A stretch of 64,000 bases of DNA from assembly GCF_902713615.1 (NCBI RefSeq), contig NC_052158.1:32033990-32097989 (forward strand). The letters run 5' to 3'. The position numbers and the translations under genes are program-made. The DNA comes from Scyliorhinus canicula (Eukaryota). Below the pieces are notes generated by a model. That model saw nothing but the letters and a program-made list of their open reading frames with translations. It was not told the DNA's origin and did not search any database. Of the stretch, positions 23,337 to 35,197 are shown one piece after another. How positions within the stretch are numbered: position 1 is the first letter of the stretch; each line of letters starts with the position of its first letter.

Positions 23337-24405
23337 CTGAAGTCGGGAAGGTCACAGAGCGATTGGTCGCGGCTTTCCCGTTAGCGCGAGATACAGCCAA
23401 CAGCTGCGACCAGCTGTTAAATAGAATGATGCGGTATTCCAGCCAGAAGTGGTGGCAGAGAGCAGGTCACGTGTCCGGCCGGTACGCTTACATCACACGC
23501 ACTGTATGTCCGTGCTTTCGGCCCAAATTCACGAGAGAGAGATTCCTCCATTTTCTAGCTCTGAGCAAGCAAGTCAAGAGGACTGTGAAAAACTGAAGAT
23601 CGATCGTTTTAAACAAAGAAATAACTGAAATTGGGAACAAAGCAGGAGAAAGATGGTTTCTTAAGGAATGCCTTTGCTAATTGTGCCAATACAAATCAGG
23701 ATGCAAAGCCCATGTGTGTTATATTCAGGCAAGCACTGACAAATGAGAGTTTAAAACTCTCAAAACTTAAAAGGCATCTGAAGACTAAGCATGGCGAGGT
23801 CGAGAATAATCCTCTGGGCATTTTTACAACCGGTACATTATGAACTTAAATAATCAGCTGAAGTCCTTAGCAGAAATATAACATTAAAAGACAAGGCGAT
23901 CATGTGGACCAAATAGGAAAGGCCGGCACAGTGGCCCAGTGGTTAGCACTGCTGCCTATGGTACTGAGGATCCAGGTTCGACCCTGGCCCCAGGTCACTG
24001 TCTGTGTTGAGTTTGCATATTCTCCCAGTGTCTGCGTGGGTTTCACCCCCACAACCCAAAGATGAGCCGGGTAGGTGGATTGGCCACGCTAAATTGTCCC
24101 TTAATTGGGAAGAAAAGAATTGAGTACTTTAAATGTATTCAAAGCAAAAGAAAGTTAAGGTCAGCCAGCATCAATCACGAAGGTCGGCCGGCACATGGGT
24201 CGCGAAGGTCGGCTGGCACATGGGTTATCAATGTTGGCCAGCATGGGTCACAAAGGTTGGCTGGTGTGGGTCATGAAGGTCGGGATATAAATGTTGGTCA
24301 GCGTGGCCAGGAAAGTCCCCCCGCGTGGGTCATGAAGTCGGCTGGCATGGATCCCGAATGTCAGCCGGGTTAATAGAAGTAGGTCCCGGGGAAAAAGGTT
24401 TTGTA
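23337..24405 (+). mobile_element. hAT/Buster deletion derivative retaining the transposase N-terminal BED-finger region, with a nested SINE (23920-24140)
   Basis: KPMCVI..QALTNESLKLSKLKRHLKTKH (23631-23843); the 3' part matches the reverse complement of 20258-20340. Confidence 0.75.
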
Positions 24406-24558
24406 CTAATCCATCTCCTTGCTTGCTCCAAATGCCAATTCAAATTCAAGTTGAATCCAATTCATTGCCCCCACAATATAGACATACTAGTTTGAAGCTG
24501 AGAAGATCAGACATTGCACTCGATCTTACGCCATACGTCGCCCGTAGTGGAATCGGTG

Positions 24559-25176
24559 TGTCATGGGCCAGGGTTTAGAGAACCCCAAAGTGTATAATGG
24601 AGTTCACCTGACCCACAACTTTTAATAGATTGTGGTATGGGGAGCACACGGCCCACTCTACAGGTGTGGTACAGCAGAAATGGAAAAGTAATTTTTAAAG
24701 CAAAACAATGTTTATTCTATGAACTCAAGTTAACCTTTTTAAAATATAGAATGAACATCTTAGCAACCATTAATTCAAATACAACCTCCACAGAATACAA
24801 CACTAAGTAATCCTTAATAAATTCTCAAACAACATTCAGAAGACAAAAGACCCTTTTAACACAAAGATCAGGTTTAAATTCACTATTGAGAGCAGTTACC
24901 ACATTGAAATCAGCAAATGGACACTCATAAGCTTGCAGAGATTCACACACATCCTGCTGTGATTGCAGCTTCTCCAGAACTAAAATGAAACCAAACCCAC
25001 CCTGCAGCAAAAAGCCTAAAGCGAAAGTAAAAAGCTGTCAGGCAGCCCAGCTCCACTCACTCTTCTGACATCACTGCAGTAATAAACACCCATTTCTTAA
25101 AGGTACTCTCACTACAGATATTTATATACACACCCATTTATAAACACCCATTTCTTAAAGGTACTCTCACATGACA
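24559..25176 (-). mobile_element. Solo LTR (618 bp), 4-bp TSD GGTG
   Basis: TGTCATG...CATGACA inverted ends; GGTG at 24555-24558 and 25177-25180. Confidence 0.9.
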
Positions 25177-25369
25177 GGTGTGGCGCCGATTTTGCCGTCG
25201 TGGAATTCTACGGATCCTCCGTTGGCATCAACACTTAGACGCAGGGATGGATAATCCAGCCCCATCTCGTTCCTGACCTTTGCAAAGGCACATTCCACAA
25301 AGAGGTGGACAACAGTCTCTTCACACATCAGTCATCTTGAGGGCAACGTGCAGTTGGCGGAGACATCGG

Positions 25370-25851
25370 CAGCTGGATTCTCCCTTCTGGAGGACTAAGT
25401 TCCCAAGCTGGCGGGAGAACCGGCGCCAACCACTCCGGTGTCAACAGCCCCGAAAGTGCAGAATTCTCCTCACTTTCGGGGTCCAGGTGGATGCCAGAGG
25501 GGTTAGCATCGCTGCAGCCAGCATTGAATGGCCGGCGTGATCTCGCGCATGCGCCGAACTGCCGACGTTGTTCGATGCATGCGCAAACCGGCCGACGTAT
25601 TTTGACACATGCGCGGGGGATTCTCTTCTCCGCGACGGCCATGGCAGAGCCCTATAGGGGGCCGCGCGGAAGGAGGACGAGCCCCCACGGAACAGGCCCA
25701 CCGCTGTCAACAGCCCCCGACCGGCGTGGCATGAATCCCACCTCCGCCCAACAAACAGTGCCGGAGAATACGGCAGCCAGTGTTGGGGCGGCGGGGCGGG
25801 ATTCACTTGGGGATTCTCTGACCCGGCAGAGAATCGGAGGGAATCCCGCCC
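25370..25851. mobile_element. GC-rich Harbinger-type MITE
   Basis: ctggattctccc...gggaatcccgccc ends; body related to 40828-41527. Confidence 0.75.
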
Positions 25852-26142
25852 CAGATGTGTGGGAATGATCTGACTGGCTGATGTATTGACCACACTCTTG
25901 ACTACACTCTGAAGTGGCCGAGCAAGACTCTCCTTTGGTCGGAACCGGTGGTTCAAGGAGCAGCCCGGCACTTCCTGCTCAGTGTAACGTGGGTACGGGA
26001 AGACAGGTCAGAATTTACGAGAGGCCGTATTCCGAGAATAAATGAAATACGTGAAACGAATTCACCTGAGCTCTTTGTCCCTGTCTGATGGACCTACTGA
26101 TCAGTAAACTTGCTCCCATCCATCTCTCATTGGCATTTGTAG

Positions 26143-26257
26143 GAATTCGGGACAATGAAGACAAGAGATTTATATTGGACAAAGACCAAAATGTTATACT
26201 TAATGAGATTCGGAGTATCATGCACTGAAATAAATAATATTTAAAACCTGTTCAAAA
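26143..26257 (+). other. Candidate orphan stop-containing exon (GIRDNEDKRFILDKDQNVILNEIRSIMH*)
   Basis: Pyrimidine-rich tract + tttgtag acceptor, open phase-1 frame to TGA at 26226-26228, AATAAA at 26229, and aaaa|gtaagt donor at 26258. No family recognised. Confidence 0.27.
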
Positions 26258-26619
26258 GTAAGTTAGATAATATCACAACACTGAAAATGAAGCTTCATTA
26301 AATTAAGATAAAGGTCTTAATTCTGATTCACTGAGGTTTACGTTGACTAATTTATACAATAAAGTCTTGAGAGGTAGAATCTGCCCTCCTGAGCGTTTTA
26401 TAAATTGCACAGAAATCCATAAACTACATTATCTCCACATTGAATTCCTGTAATTATTTCATCCGGATCATTATCCCTGGGACAAGCTACTGAATGTTTA
26501 ATGAGGGTGATCTATTCATTGACTGTCCCAGAGCTGAATCTGCAGGTAGAAATCAGACTCCTACCAATTAGACAGAATTTCACTTCACCAGAATGGTTGA
26601 TGGGTCATTGCTGGACTCA

Positions 26620-26790
26620 GAGAGGGCTGCACTGTCAGAGGGTCAGTACTGAGGGAGTGCTACACTGCCAGAGGGTCAGTACTGAGGGTGTGCTGCACTG
26701 TTAGAGGGTCAGTACTGAGGGAGTGCTACACTGCCAGAGGGTCAGTACTGAGGGTGTGCTGCACTGTTAGAGGGTCAGTACTGAGGGTAT
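26620..26790 (+). repeat. Short 33-bp minisatellite array followed by Deu-domain-like sequence
   Basis: About 5 units, then ctggccaatgtttatcccc. Confidence 0.85.
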
Positions 26791-27367
26791 GCTGGCCAAT
26801 GTTTATCCCCACTTACATCACAAGAATAGATAAATTGATGTTGTTGTTGGTGTATCTTCAGACCCAAATATTACCCTTTGGGAATAGTAAAAATAATAAT
26901 AACATAATAATTTATTGTCACAAGTAGGCTAACATTAACATTGCAATGAAGTGACTCTGAAAATCCCCGTGTCGCCACATTCGGCACCTGTTCAAGTACA
27001 CAGCTGGTACGAGAATTGAACCCGCGCTGCTAGATTTGTTCTGCATGACAAATCACCTGTCTAGCCCACTGAGCTAAATAGTGGGGGAAGTGATGGTAGG
27101 AGTTGGAGCTCATTTTCAGCTGCTGAACCGTACCGATCATTCGTTGAGTTTGGACTCAAACCTGTAACATCTGGTGCAGTGGTAGGTGTGCTATCCACTG
27201 CACTACAAGGCCTCCTGGATGATTTGATCATCTTTACATTGCTGTTGTGGGATCTTACTGTGCACAAATTGACTGTTGTGCATTCTGCATTACAGCAGTG
27301 GCACAGTATTCAAGCTGGGGTCTTGTCACTGGTTGAAAAACGGCTAACATAGTTGCCTTTTTTTGAA

Positions 27368-27532
27368 CATGATGTGGAGATGCCGGCGTTGAACTGAGGT
27401 GAGCACAGTAAGAAGTCATACACACCAGGTTAAAGTCCGATGTCGATGGTAGCCATGATGTGGAGATGCCGGCGTTGGACTCGGGTGAGCGCAGTAAGAA
27501 GTCTTACAACACCAGGTTAAAGTCCAATGTCG
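27368..27532. mobile_element. Two tandem ~80-bp fragments resembling a Penelope-like element terminus
   Basis: catgatgtggagatgccggcgttg...cagtaagaagtc...caccaggttaaagtcc.atgtcg at 27368 and 27454. The family assignment is from memory. Confidence 0.5.
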
Positions 27533-28094
27533 AATTTTTGAACAGAGAGTGATACTTCTTCCATCGAAAGCGAAGATTGTCCTTGACAATAAAGGAGGAG
27601 CTCCCTCTCCAGATATAAATCACTGTTGGGATCTGTAATTCCCCACCTTGGGACTCATTCACTGATCTTCATTGATTTCTACTTCCCGCCCAATCCAGGA
27701 TCATTTCCCTCATGTTAAACCAAAGATAAACCACATACTCCGCCTTGTAATTCCCTCACCCTCATTAACCCCAATTAAAATTTAAATCACTTGTTCTTGC
27801 CCTGGATTCAATGCTGTCAATCACAGCTGGTCCAAAATGCTGATAAATACAGATTCTCTTTCACTGTCCTCACCACATTATCTAAAACTGATCATGTGTG
27901 AGGGGATCGATGCTGCTCTTAATGTCTCAACAACATCTCACTTAATGGGCCCTTCCTGCAACTTGCTGACACAGTAAGAAGGATCAAGCTCTCCGGTTAA
28001 ATGCAGTAACCACTTCCATTACGGAAAGTCACGGACATTGTTATCTTGGAAAGGTTCCATTGAACAGAATCATCTGATTAAGCATTGGGTCAGT

Positions 28095-28230
28095 TGCAGC
28101 CTTGGCTCAGTGAGTAACATTCTCGCCTCTGATTAAGAAGGTTGAGGGTTCAAGGCCCACTTCAGAGAATTGAGCACTAAAGCCAGGCTGACACTCCAGT
28201 GAAGTACAGAGGATGTGCTGCACTGTCAGA
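28095..28230 (+). mobile_element. DeuSINE (SacSINE1-like) tRNA-derived head leading into the minisatellite
   Basis: ggctcagtgagtaacattctcgcctctga...gggttcaaggcccact...ggctgacactccagtgaagtac, with A/B-box-like motifs. Confidence 0.7.
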
Positions 28231-29180
28231 GAGCGACAGCACAGCTGGACTGCTGCACTGTCAGAGGGTCAGCACTGAGGGAGTGCTGCGCTGTCAGAGG
28301 GTCAGTACTGAGCGAGTGCTGCACTGCCAGAGGGTCAGCACAGCTGGACTGCTGCACTGACAGAGGGTCAGCACTGAGGGAGTGCGGCACTGTCAGAGGG
28401 TCAGTACTGAGGGAGAGCTGCACTGTCAGAGGGTCAGTACTGAGGGAGAGCTGCACTGTCACAGGGACAGTATTGAGCGAGTGCTGCACTGTCAGAGGGT
28501 CAGTACTGAGGGAGAGCTGCACTGTCACAGGGACAGTACTGAGCGAGTACTGCACTGTCAGAGGGTCAGTACTGAGGGAATGCTGCACTGTCGGAGGGTC
28601 AGTGCTGAGGGAGTGCTGCACTGTCAGAGAGTGAGTACTGAGTGATTGCTGCATTGTTAGAGGGTCAGTACTGAGAGAGTGCTGCACTGTCAGAATGGTC
28701 AGTACTGAGAAAGTGCTGCATTGTCAGAGGGTCACTGCTGAGGGAGTGCTGCTCTGTCAGACAGTCAGTTCATGGGAATGCTGCACTGTCAGAGGGTCAG
28801 TACTGAGGGGGTGCTGCACTGTCAGAGGGTCAGTACTGAGCGAGTTCTGCACTGTCAGAGGGTCAGTACTGAGGGAGAGCTGCACCGTCAGAGGGTCAGT
28901 ACTGAGGGTGTGCTGCACTGTCAGAGGGATAGCAAACAGGGACTGCTGCACAGTCAGAGGGTCAGTACTGAGGATATGCTGCACTGTCAGAGGGTCAATA
29001 CTGACGGAGTGCTGCACTGTCAGAGGGTCAGTACTGAGGGAGTACTGCATTTTCAGAGGGTCAGTACTGAGGGAGTGCTGCACTGTCAGAGGGCCAATAT
29101 TGAGGGATTGCTGCCAGTGGGTGAATACTGAGGCAGTTTTACACTGTCAGAGAACCATTGCTGAGGGAGTGCTGCACTGG
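28215..29180 (+). repeat. 33-bp minisatellite array
   Basis: Same unit as the other arrays. Confidence 0.95.
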
Positions 29181-29231
29181 GTGGGGAGGGGTGAGTTGAG
29201 GACAAGAGGGGACGAGATAGATTTTAAAAAA

Positions 29232-29465
29232 GGCTTCTTTTAAAAAAATAATTTTAGAGTGCCCAATTCTTTTTTTTCCAATTAAGGGAAAGTTACCATG
29301 GCCAGTTCACCTATCCTGCATATATTTTTGGGTTGTGGGGGCGAGACCCACGCAGACACGGAAAGAATGTGTAAACTCCACACGGATTGTGACCCAAGGC
29401 TTGAATCAAATCCGGGTCCTCGACCCAGTGAGGTAATGTACTAACCACTGCGCTGCAGTGCTGCT
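29232..29465 (-). mobile_element. Short-form SINE, possible 8-bp TSD aaaggctt
   Basis: Reverse-complement head and AT-rich tail. Confidence 0.8.
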
Positions 29466-29604
29466 CAAAGGCTTGCATTTTGACAGCTACTTTCACCACA
29501 TCAGGATCTCCTTGACAGCTTGAGAAAATTGATTGAGCTGTACATGTTGCAAACGTCGGACGAGTGGCAACAAATTTGTTTACAGGAAACTCCCACAAAC
29601 ACCA

Positions 29605-29940
29605 ATATGATAGTCATAGAATCTCTACAGTACAGAAGGAGGCTATTCGGCCCATCAAGTCTAGACCAACCCTCTGAAAGAGTATTTTACCTAGGTCCAC
29701 TACACCACCCAATCCCCGTAACCACACCAAACCTTTGGACACTAAGGCCAATTTAGTGTAGCCAATCCACCGAGCCTGCATATCTTTGGACTGTGTGAGG
29801 AAATTGGAGCACCCGGAGAAATCCCACGCAGACCCAGGGAGAAAGTGCAAACTCCACACAGACAGTCAACCAATGCTGGAAGTGAACCCAGGTCCCTTGC
29901 GCTGTGAGGCAGCAGTGCTAACCACTGTGCCACCATGCCC
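29605..29940 (-). mobile_element. Long-form SINE
   Basis: Reverse-complement head, V-domain and tail. Confidence 0.8.
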
Positions 29941-31200
29941 CCCATCATAATCTCTTTTTCTCAATCATGTCCGAGTGATAAATAGCAACAGGATAGCTCG
30001 GAGAGAACTCGCCAGTTGCGGGAACTTTTACCTTTATCTGAGATAGCAGTTAAGAGTTCTAGTTTCACATTTTGGCTAAACTATGGCATCCCTGACAATG
30101 CAGCACTGCATCAAGGAGCTGTGTAGAAATGGGAATTATTGTGATCTGGACATCGCTGCCTGATAGGGCAGTGGAAGCAGATTCAATGTTGACTTTCAAA
30201 ATGGAATTGGAGAACTGTTGGATGGAGGGTAATTTAACAGGGCTGTGGGCAGGGCCAGGCAGAGACTCTGGGGAGCCTGGTGCTTCTGTATCTAGGATCT
30301 TCATCCATGCCCCACTCTCCCCTTTACCATTATCCTTAAGTATACACATTAGTTTTGACCTCTTTCAATCAATTAATTCACCAAACTATCACAGAAAGGT
30401 ATCAGTAACATGATCCTGCCAATTGCTGCCTTCCGGTTATCAATACTTTCCGAATATATGTATGCAGCTTGGCCATGATTTTTCGGTCTGGCAATAAAAT
30501 AAAATAATGTTGTGTTAGTTTGTGTGCGCCCTACAAGTTTTAAAAACTTTATTGGCAGTTGTGTGCATGGATGGCTCAGTTAGCATTAATTTCCCATCCC
30601 TAAATGGGCTTGACAAGGTGGTGATGAGTTGTCTCTCGAAATGTTGCAGCCCCTGAGATGTATGTACTCCAACAGTGCTGTTGGAGAGGGAATTCCAAGG
30701 TGTGACCCAGTGACTGTGAAGAAAATGCCCCCTGTATTCTTGCACCTCATGAAGCCCGTCTCTCTCAGACCATAGAAAACATTCACAAGAATGGTTCTGG
30801 GAATGAGGGATGTGAGTTGCACAAGAGGATCGTAGGATGTGAGTCTGTTCTCAGAGAAGAGGATGTTGGGTGATGAGCTAAAGGTGTATTCAAAACCATT
30901 GAGGAGTCGTTGACAGAATAAATTGGGAGAACCAGTAGATACTGATTGGAAATGATTGGCAAATTAGGCAATTATGACATGATAAACTTTTATTTTTACA
31001 TAGCAAGTGCTTAGGATCTGGAGTGCTCTGCTTGAGACTATGGGGACAAATTCAACCAATGCCTTAAAAAGAGAATTATATCATTATCTGAAGAGAAAGA
31101 CATTGCAGTTATATGGGAAGAAGGTGGGGGACTGGGGTGAAATAAATTGCTCTTGCAGAGAACTTGCATGGACATGATGGGCTGAATGGCTTCCTTCTGT

Positions 31201-32025
31201 TGTAACAAGAGATGTATTTTTGGGGGGTTCTGTTCGTATCATGTGCAGGTAAAGTAAGTTGTGTGTGTCCAGGATTAATTAAATAGGGAGAAGGTTACTA
31301 AAGTCAGGTTGTCTGGGAGGGCTAAGAGGCCAATGAGTCCATCTACGTGTGGTTGTCCATGAAGACCAGTTCGGCATAGAGAAGATGGGTGGGAACGGGT
31401 CTGCTCTGGCAGAGTTGTATGCAGTGTGTCAGAAGCAGCACTGCACTATGGAAGTGACACACTCACCTCAAAGTCTCTTGCCAACTGAGGTCCATCTTGT
31501 GTGTAGCACTCGTTAACAATTGGTTGGATGCTGATGCGATTTCCAGCTGGTGTGACAGAAGATTGGAAGACCTGATGGGACATTGGCGGGCAGCTGTTCT
31601 AATGAGCTTTCATGAAATTCAAAACAATGCAAATGCAATTCATACTGCCAGCGGGAAGGCCGACCACCATTATCCCACAATTGGGAGAATTGCAACTTGA
31701 TTTTATGCCAAGGGGAGACAAATTATGCGCAAAGTGTTTGAGAAGTTGTGAAGTGTACCTTTATTAAAGTGACAATAATTCCTTGACTTGGGGAATATTA
31801 TTGGAATTTTTATGGTTCCAAAACTATAAGGATTGTTACCAGACAGGCAGTTTAATTGTGTACTTGTGACAAAGCATGTTCTCTTTCATTGGGGTTGTTC
31901 TGTCAGACTGTTTTAACTGTGTAACTTGAATCTTGCACGCATGAGTTTGTTTTCCTTTTATTAAATCTTTTAGTTCTTAAAATTCTAAATGTGTCATTGG
32001 AGTTCTATGCTTTTGGGGTCAGTAA
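31201..32025 (+). mobile_element. Probable solo LTR (~820 bp)
   Basis: Starts TGTAACA, has ATTAAA near the 3' end and ends ...cagtaac; no TSD confirmed. Confidence 0.4.
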
Positions 32026-32730
32026 CTCTTCCCCCTCATTGATGGTTAGCAGTTTCAAATTCCGAAGGGTACACATCTCCAAAAATCTGTCCTGGTCCAC
32101 CCACGTTGACACCACCACCAATAAAGTGCAACAGTACCAGTACTTCCTCAGGAAACTAAGGAAATTCGGCATGTCCACATTAACCCTTACCAACTTTTAC
32201 AGATGCACTATAGAAAGCATCCTATCGGGCTGCATCACAGCCTGGTACGGCAACTGTTCGGCCCAACACTGCAAGAAACTTCAGAGAGTCGTGAACACCG
32301 CCCAGTCCAACACACAAACCTGCCTCCCATCCATTGACTCCATCTACACCTCCCGCTGCCTGGGGAAAGTGGGCAGCAGAATCAAAGACCCCTCCCACGC
32401 GGCATACTCACTCTACCAACTTCTTCCATCGGGCAGGAGATACAGAAGTCTGAGAACACGCACAAAGATTCCAAAACAGCTTCTTCCCCGCTATTACCAG
32501 ACTCCTAAATGACCCTCTTATGGACTAACCTCATTAACACTACACTCTTGTGTGCTTCATCCGATGCCGGTGTCATGCGTACATTGTGTACGTTGTGTTG
32601 CCCTATTATGTATTTTCTTTTATTTCCTTTTCTTTTCATGTACTTAATGATCGGTTGAGCTGCTCACAGAAAAATACTTTTCACTGTACCTTCCTACATG
32701 TGACAATAAACAAAATTCAGTCCAATCATT
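32026..32730 (+). mobile_element. Rex1/Babar LINE 3' fragment
   Basis: HISKNLSWSTH...YFLRKLRKFGMS..TLTNFYRCTIESILSGCITAWYGN (DUF1891-type C-terminus) and aataaa tail. Confidence 0.85.
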
Positions 32731-33616
32731 ATATAATGAAAAATACAGTTTGCAATTAACAAGACTGGTTTCACTCCAGGGTCTGACTTGCCCAGCATTT
32801 TGCATCAGCTGTGATCGTATCACTGTGCTGTGACTGATTATTGATTCTCTCCGTCACACCAACCTTATTCTGAATCCACATTTCTCTCTGAGGTATGCCT
32901 GGAATCTGGATCACACTGTTTAGATACTCCTTCCCATCCCCAAAGCTGACACACATTTGCAACTCTCCCCACATAATGTCGTGGATTTTTGAAATAAAAT
33001 ATTCATTCATGTGTTTTAGTGTTGCTGGTTCGGCCAGTTCCCTTCCCAAATCCCCTTAAGAAGCTGTTGCTGAACTACCGCTTTGAATGACTGTAGTCTG
33101 CGTTGTGTAGATACACCCACAGTGCTGTTTGGTATGGAGGTAGAAGGTTTAGCACCGTAAAACAGTGAAGGAATGGCAACATATTTCCACATTAGGATGA
33201 TGTGTGGCTTGGGGAGGAATGTGCAGGTGGTGCTCTTGTCCTTCTCGGTTGAAGGAACTTGGTGAGTTGCTGCAGTGAATCTTGTAGATGGTAGTCATGG
33301 CTGAAACTGTGCTTCAGTGGCAGGGGAGTGAATGTTTGTGGATGGGGCACCTATCAAGCGGGCTGCTTTGCCTGAACGGTGTCCAGCGTCTTGAGCGTTG
33401 TTGGAGCTGCACTCAGCAAGGTAAGCGGAGAGAATTCCAACTGACTCCAGACTTGGGCCTTGAAGGCTGAGGACAGGCGCTGGGGAGTCAGTAGATGTGT
33501 TACTCTCTGTTTAATTTCCAGACGCTAACCTACTATTTTAGTCACAGTGTTCACATGGCTTGTCAATTTCAATGGCGACCCCCAGGTCATTGATTCAGAA
33601 AGTGAAGACGTCATTA

Positions 33617-34105
33617 GGGGCAACACGGTAGCATTGTGGATAGCACAATTGCTTCACAGCTCCAGGGTCCCAGATTCTATTCCATCTTGGGTCACTGTCT
33701 GTGCAGAGTCTGCACATCCTCCCCGTGTCTGAGTGGGTTTCCTCCGGGTGCTTCGGTTTCCTCCCACAGTCCAAAGATGTGCAGGTTATCATTTTCATAG
33801 AATTTACAGTGCAGCAGCAGGCCAATCGAGCACCCTACCCAACACCACCCTATCCCCATAACCCAGTAACCCAACCCAATACTAAAGGCAATTTTGAACA
33901 CTCAGGGCAATTTATCATGGCCAATCCACCTAACCTGCACATCTTTGGACTGTGGGAGGAAACCAGAGCACCCGGAGGAAACCCACGCAGACACGGGGAG
34001 AACGTGCAGTCTCCACACAGACAGTGACCCAAGCCAAGGATCGAACCTGAGACCCTGGAGGTGTGTAGCAATTGTACTAACCACTATGCTACTGTGCCGC
34101 CCCAT
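33617..34105. mobile_element. Inverted SINE pair (+ truncated 33617-33787; - 33788-34105)
   Basis: Two copies of the same SINE in opposite orientation, abutting. Confidence 0.8.
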
Positions 34106-35197
34106 CATTTAATTGCCAAGGACACACTGGCTATAGTGGTGTAAGGGTTCTGTTACTGGACTAGTAATCCACAATTGTGAGTTGAAATCCCACCCTGGCA
34201 GATGGCGAATTTGAAATGAATTAACTAATTTGGGAATTTACAAACAAACAATTATTAATAATGATGATGACAAAGCTGTCAGATTGGGCGTTCCTTTTTA
34301 AAAAATTTTATTCACCTTTATTTCCTGCTCCGACGAGCTCAGTCTCAATTTTTTGACTGGTGGGCGTGTTTGCGAGAAGGGTGGGAAACGTAGAAATAAA
34401 CTTTTCTCCATCTCGGGTGGGATGGGGGGGGGAGGGAGGAGTGGCTCTTTCAGATTTGGGATGTCCTTCCCCTTCATGACCTTGGATCTCTGCCTCTCCC
34501 TCCTCGCCAACCTAGCCTTCACCCGCCAGGTGTCCCCTACCCTCCCACCCCTGGGACTTCCCTTGAGATCAGGCCCATCACTATGTTCCAGGCAGAGTGC
34601 TGCAATACCCCTTCTGGCCACTGCAGTGTTATGCCTGGACAGGTTGAAGAACTGACGACCAATCGGATCCAAGGGTGGACGGAAGTCCCAACCACTGCCA
34701 ATCAACGCTCAAGTGAGAGCTAAATGGTGGTGGGCCTCTGAGATTTGGCAGTAGCGTGTTATGCACCAACTCTCAGGACGGCAAGTGCCAACCACTCGCC
34801 TTCCTTAAAATTCAACCCATAGTATTGGAGCGCTCATCTATCCCTCAAATTAAATGTAAAATTCAATAATCCTATGGTCGCTGCTACCTAGGGCACCTTC
34901 ATCCATGACATCATTAATTAATCCTGCTGTCTGGTTGGCTCCAGAACATGCTGCTCGAAGAAACTATCCTGGAACTATTTAATGTACATCTCATCTGGGC
35001 TACCTTTGCCCAATTAATCTTTCCAGCCTATATATAGACAAAAAAGAATAATTGACAGAATACATTGACAGTGGTGCATCAACAAATAGTGGTTGGTTAC
35101 AGTGCGGAACAAGGTCAAACAAGAGCAGCATAGGGCGTTGTGAATAGTGTTCTTCCTGTAGACATCTGTGCTTAACACTCAATTTGGCTCTGTTTCT

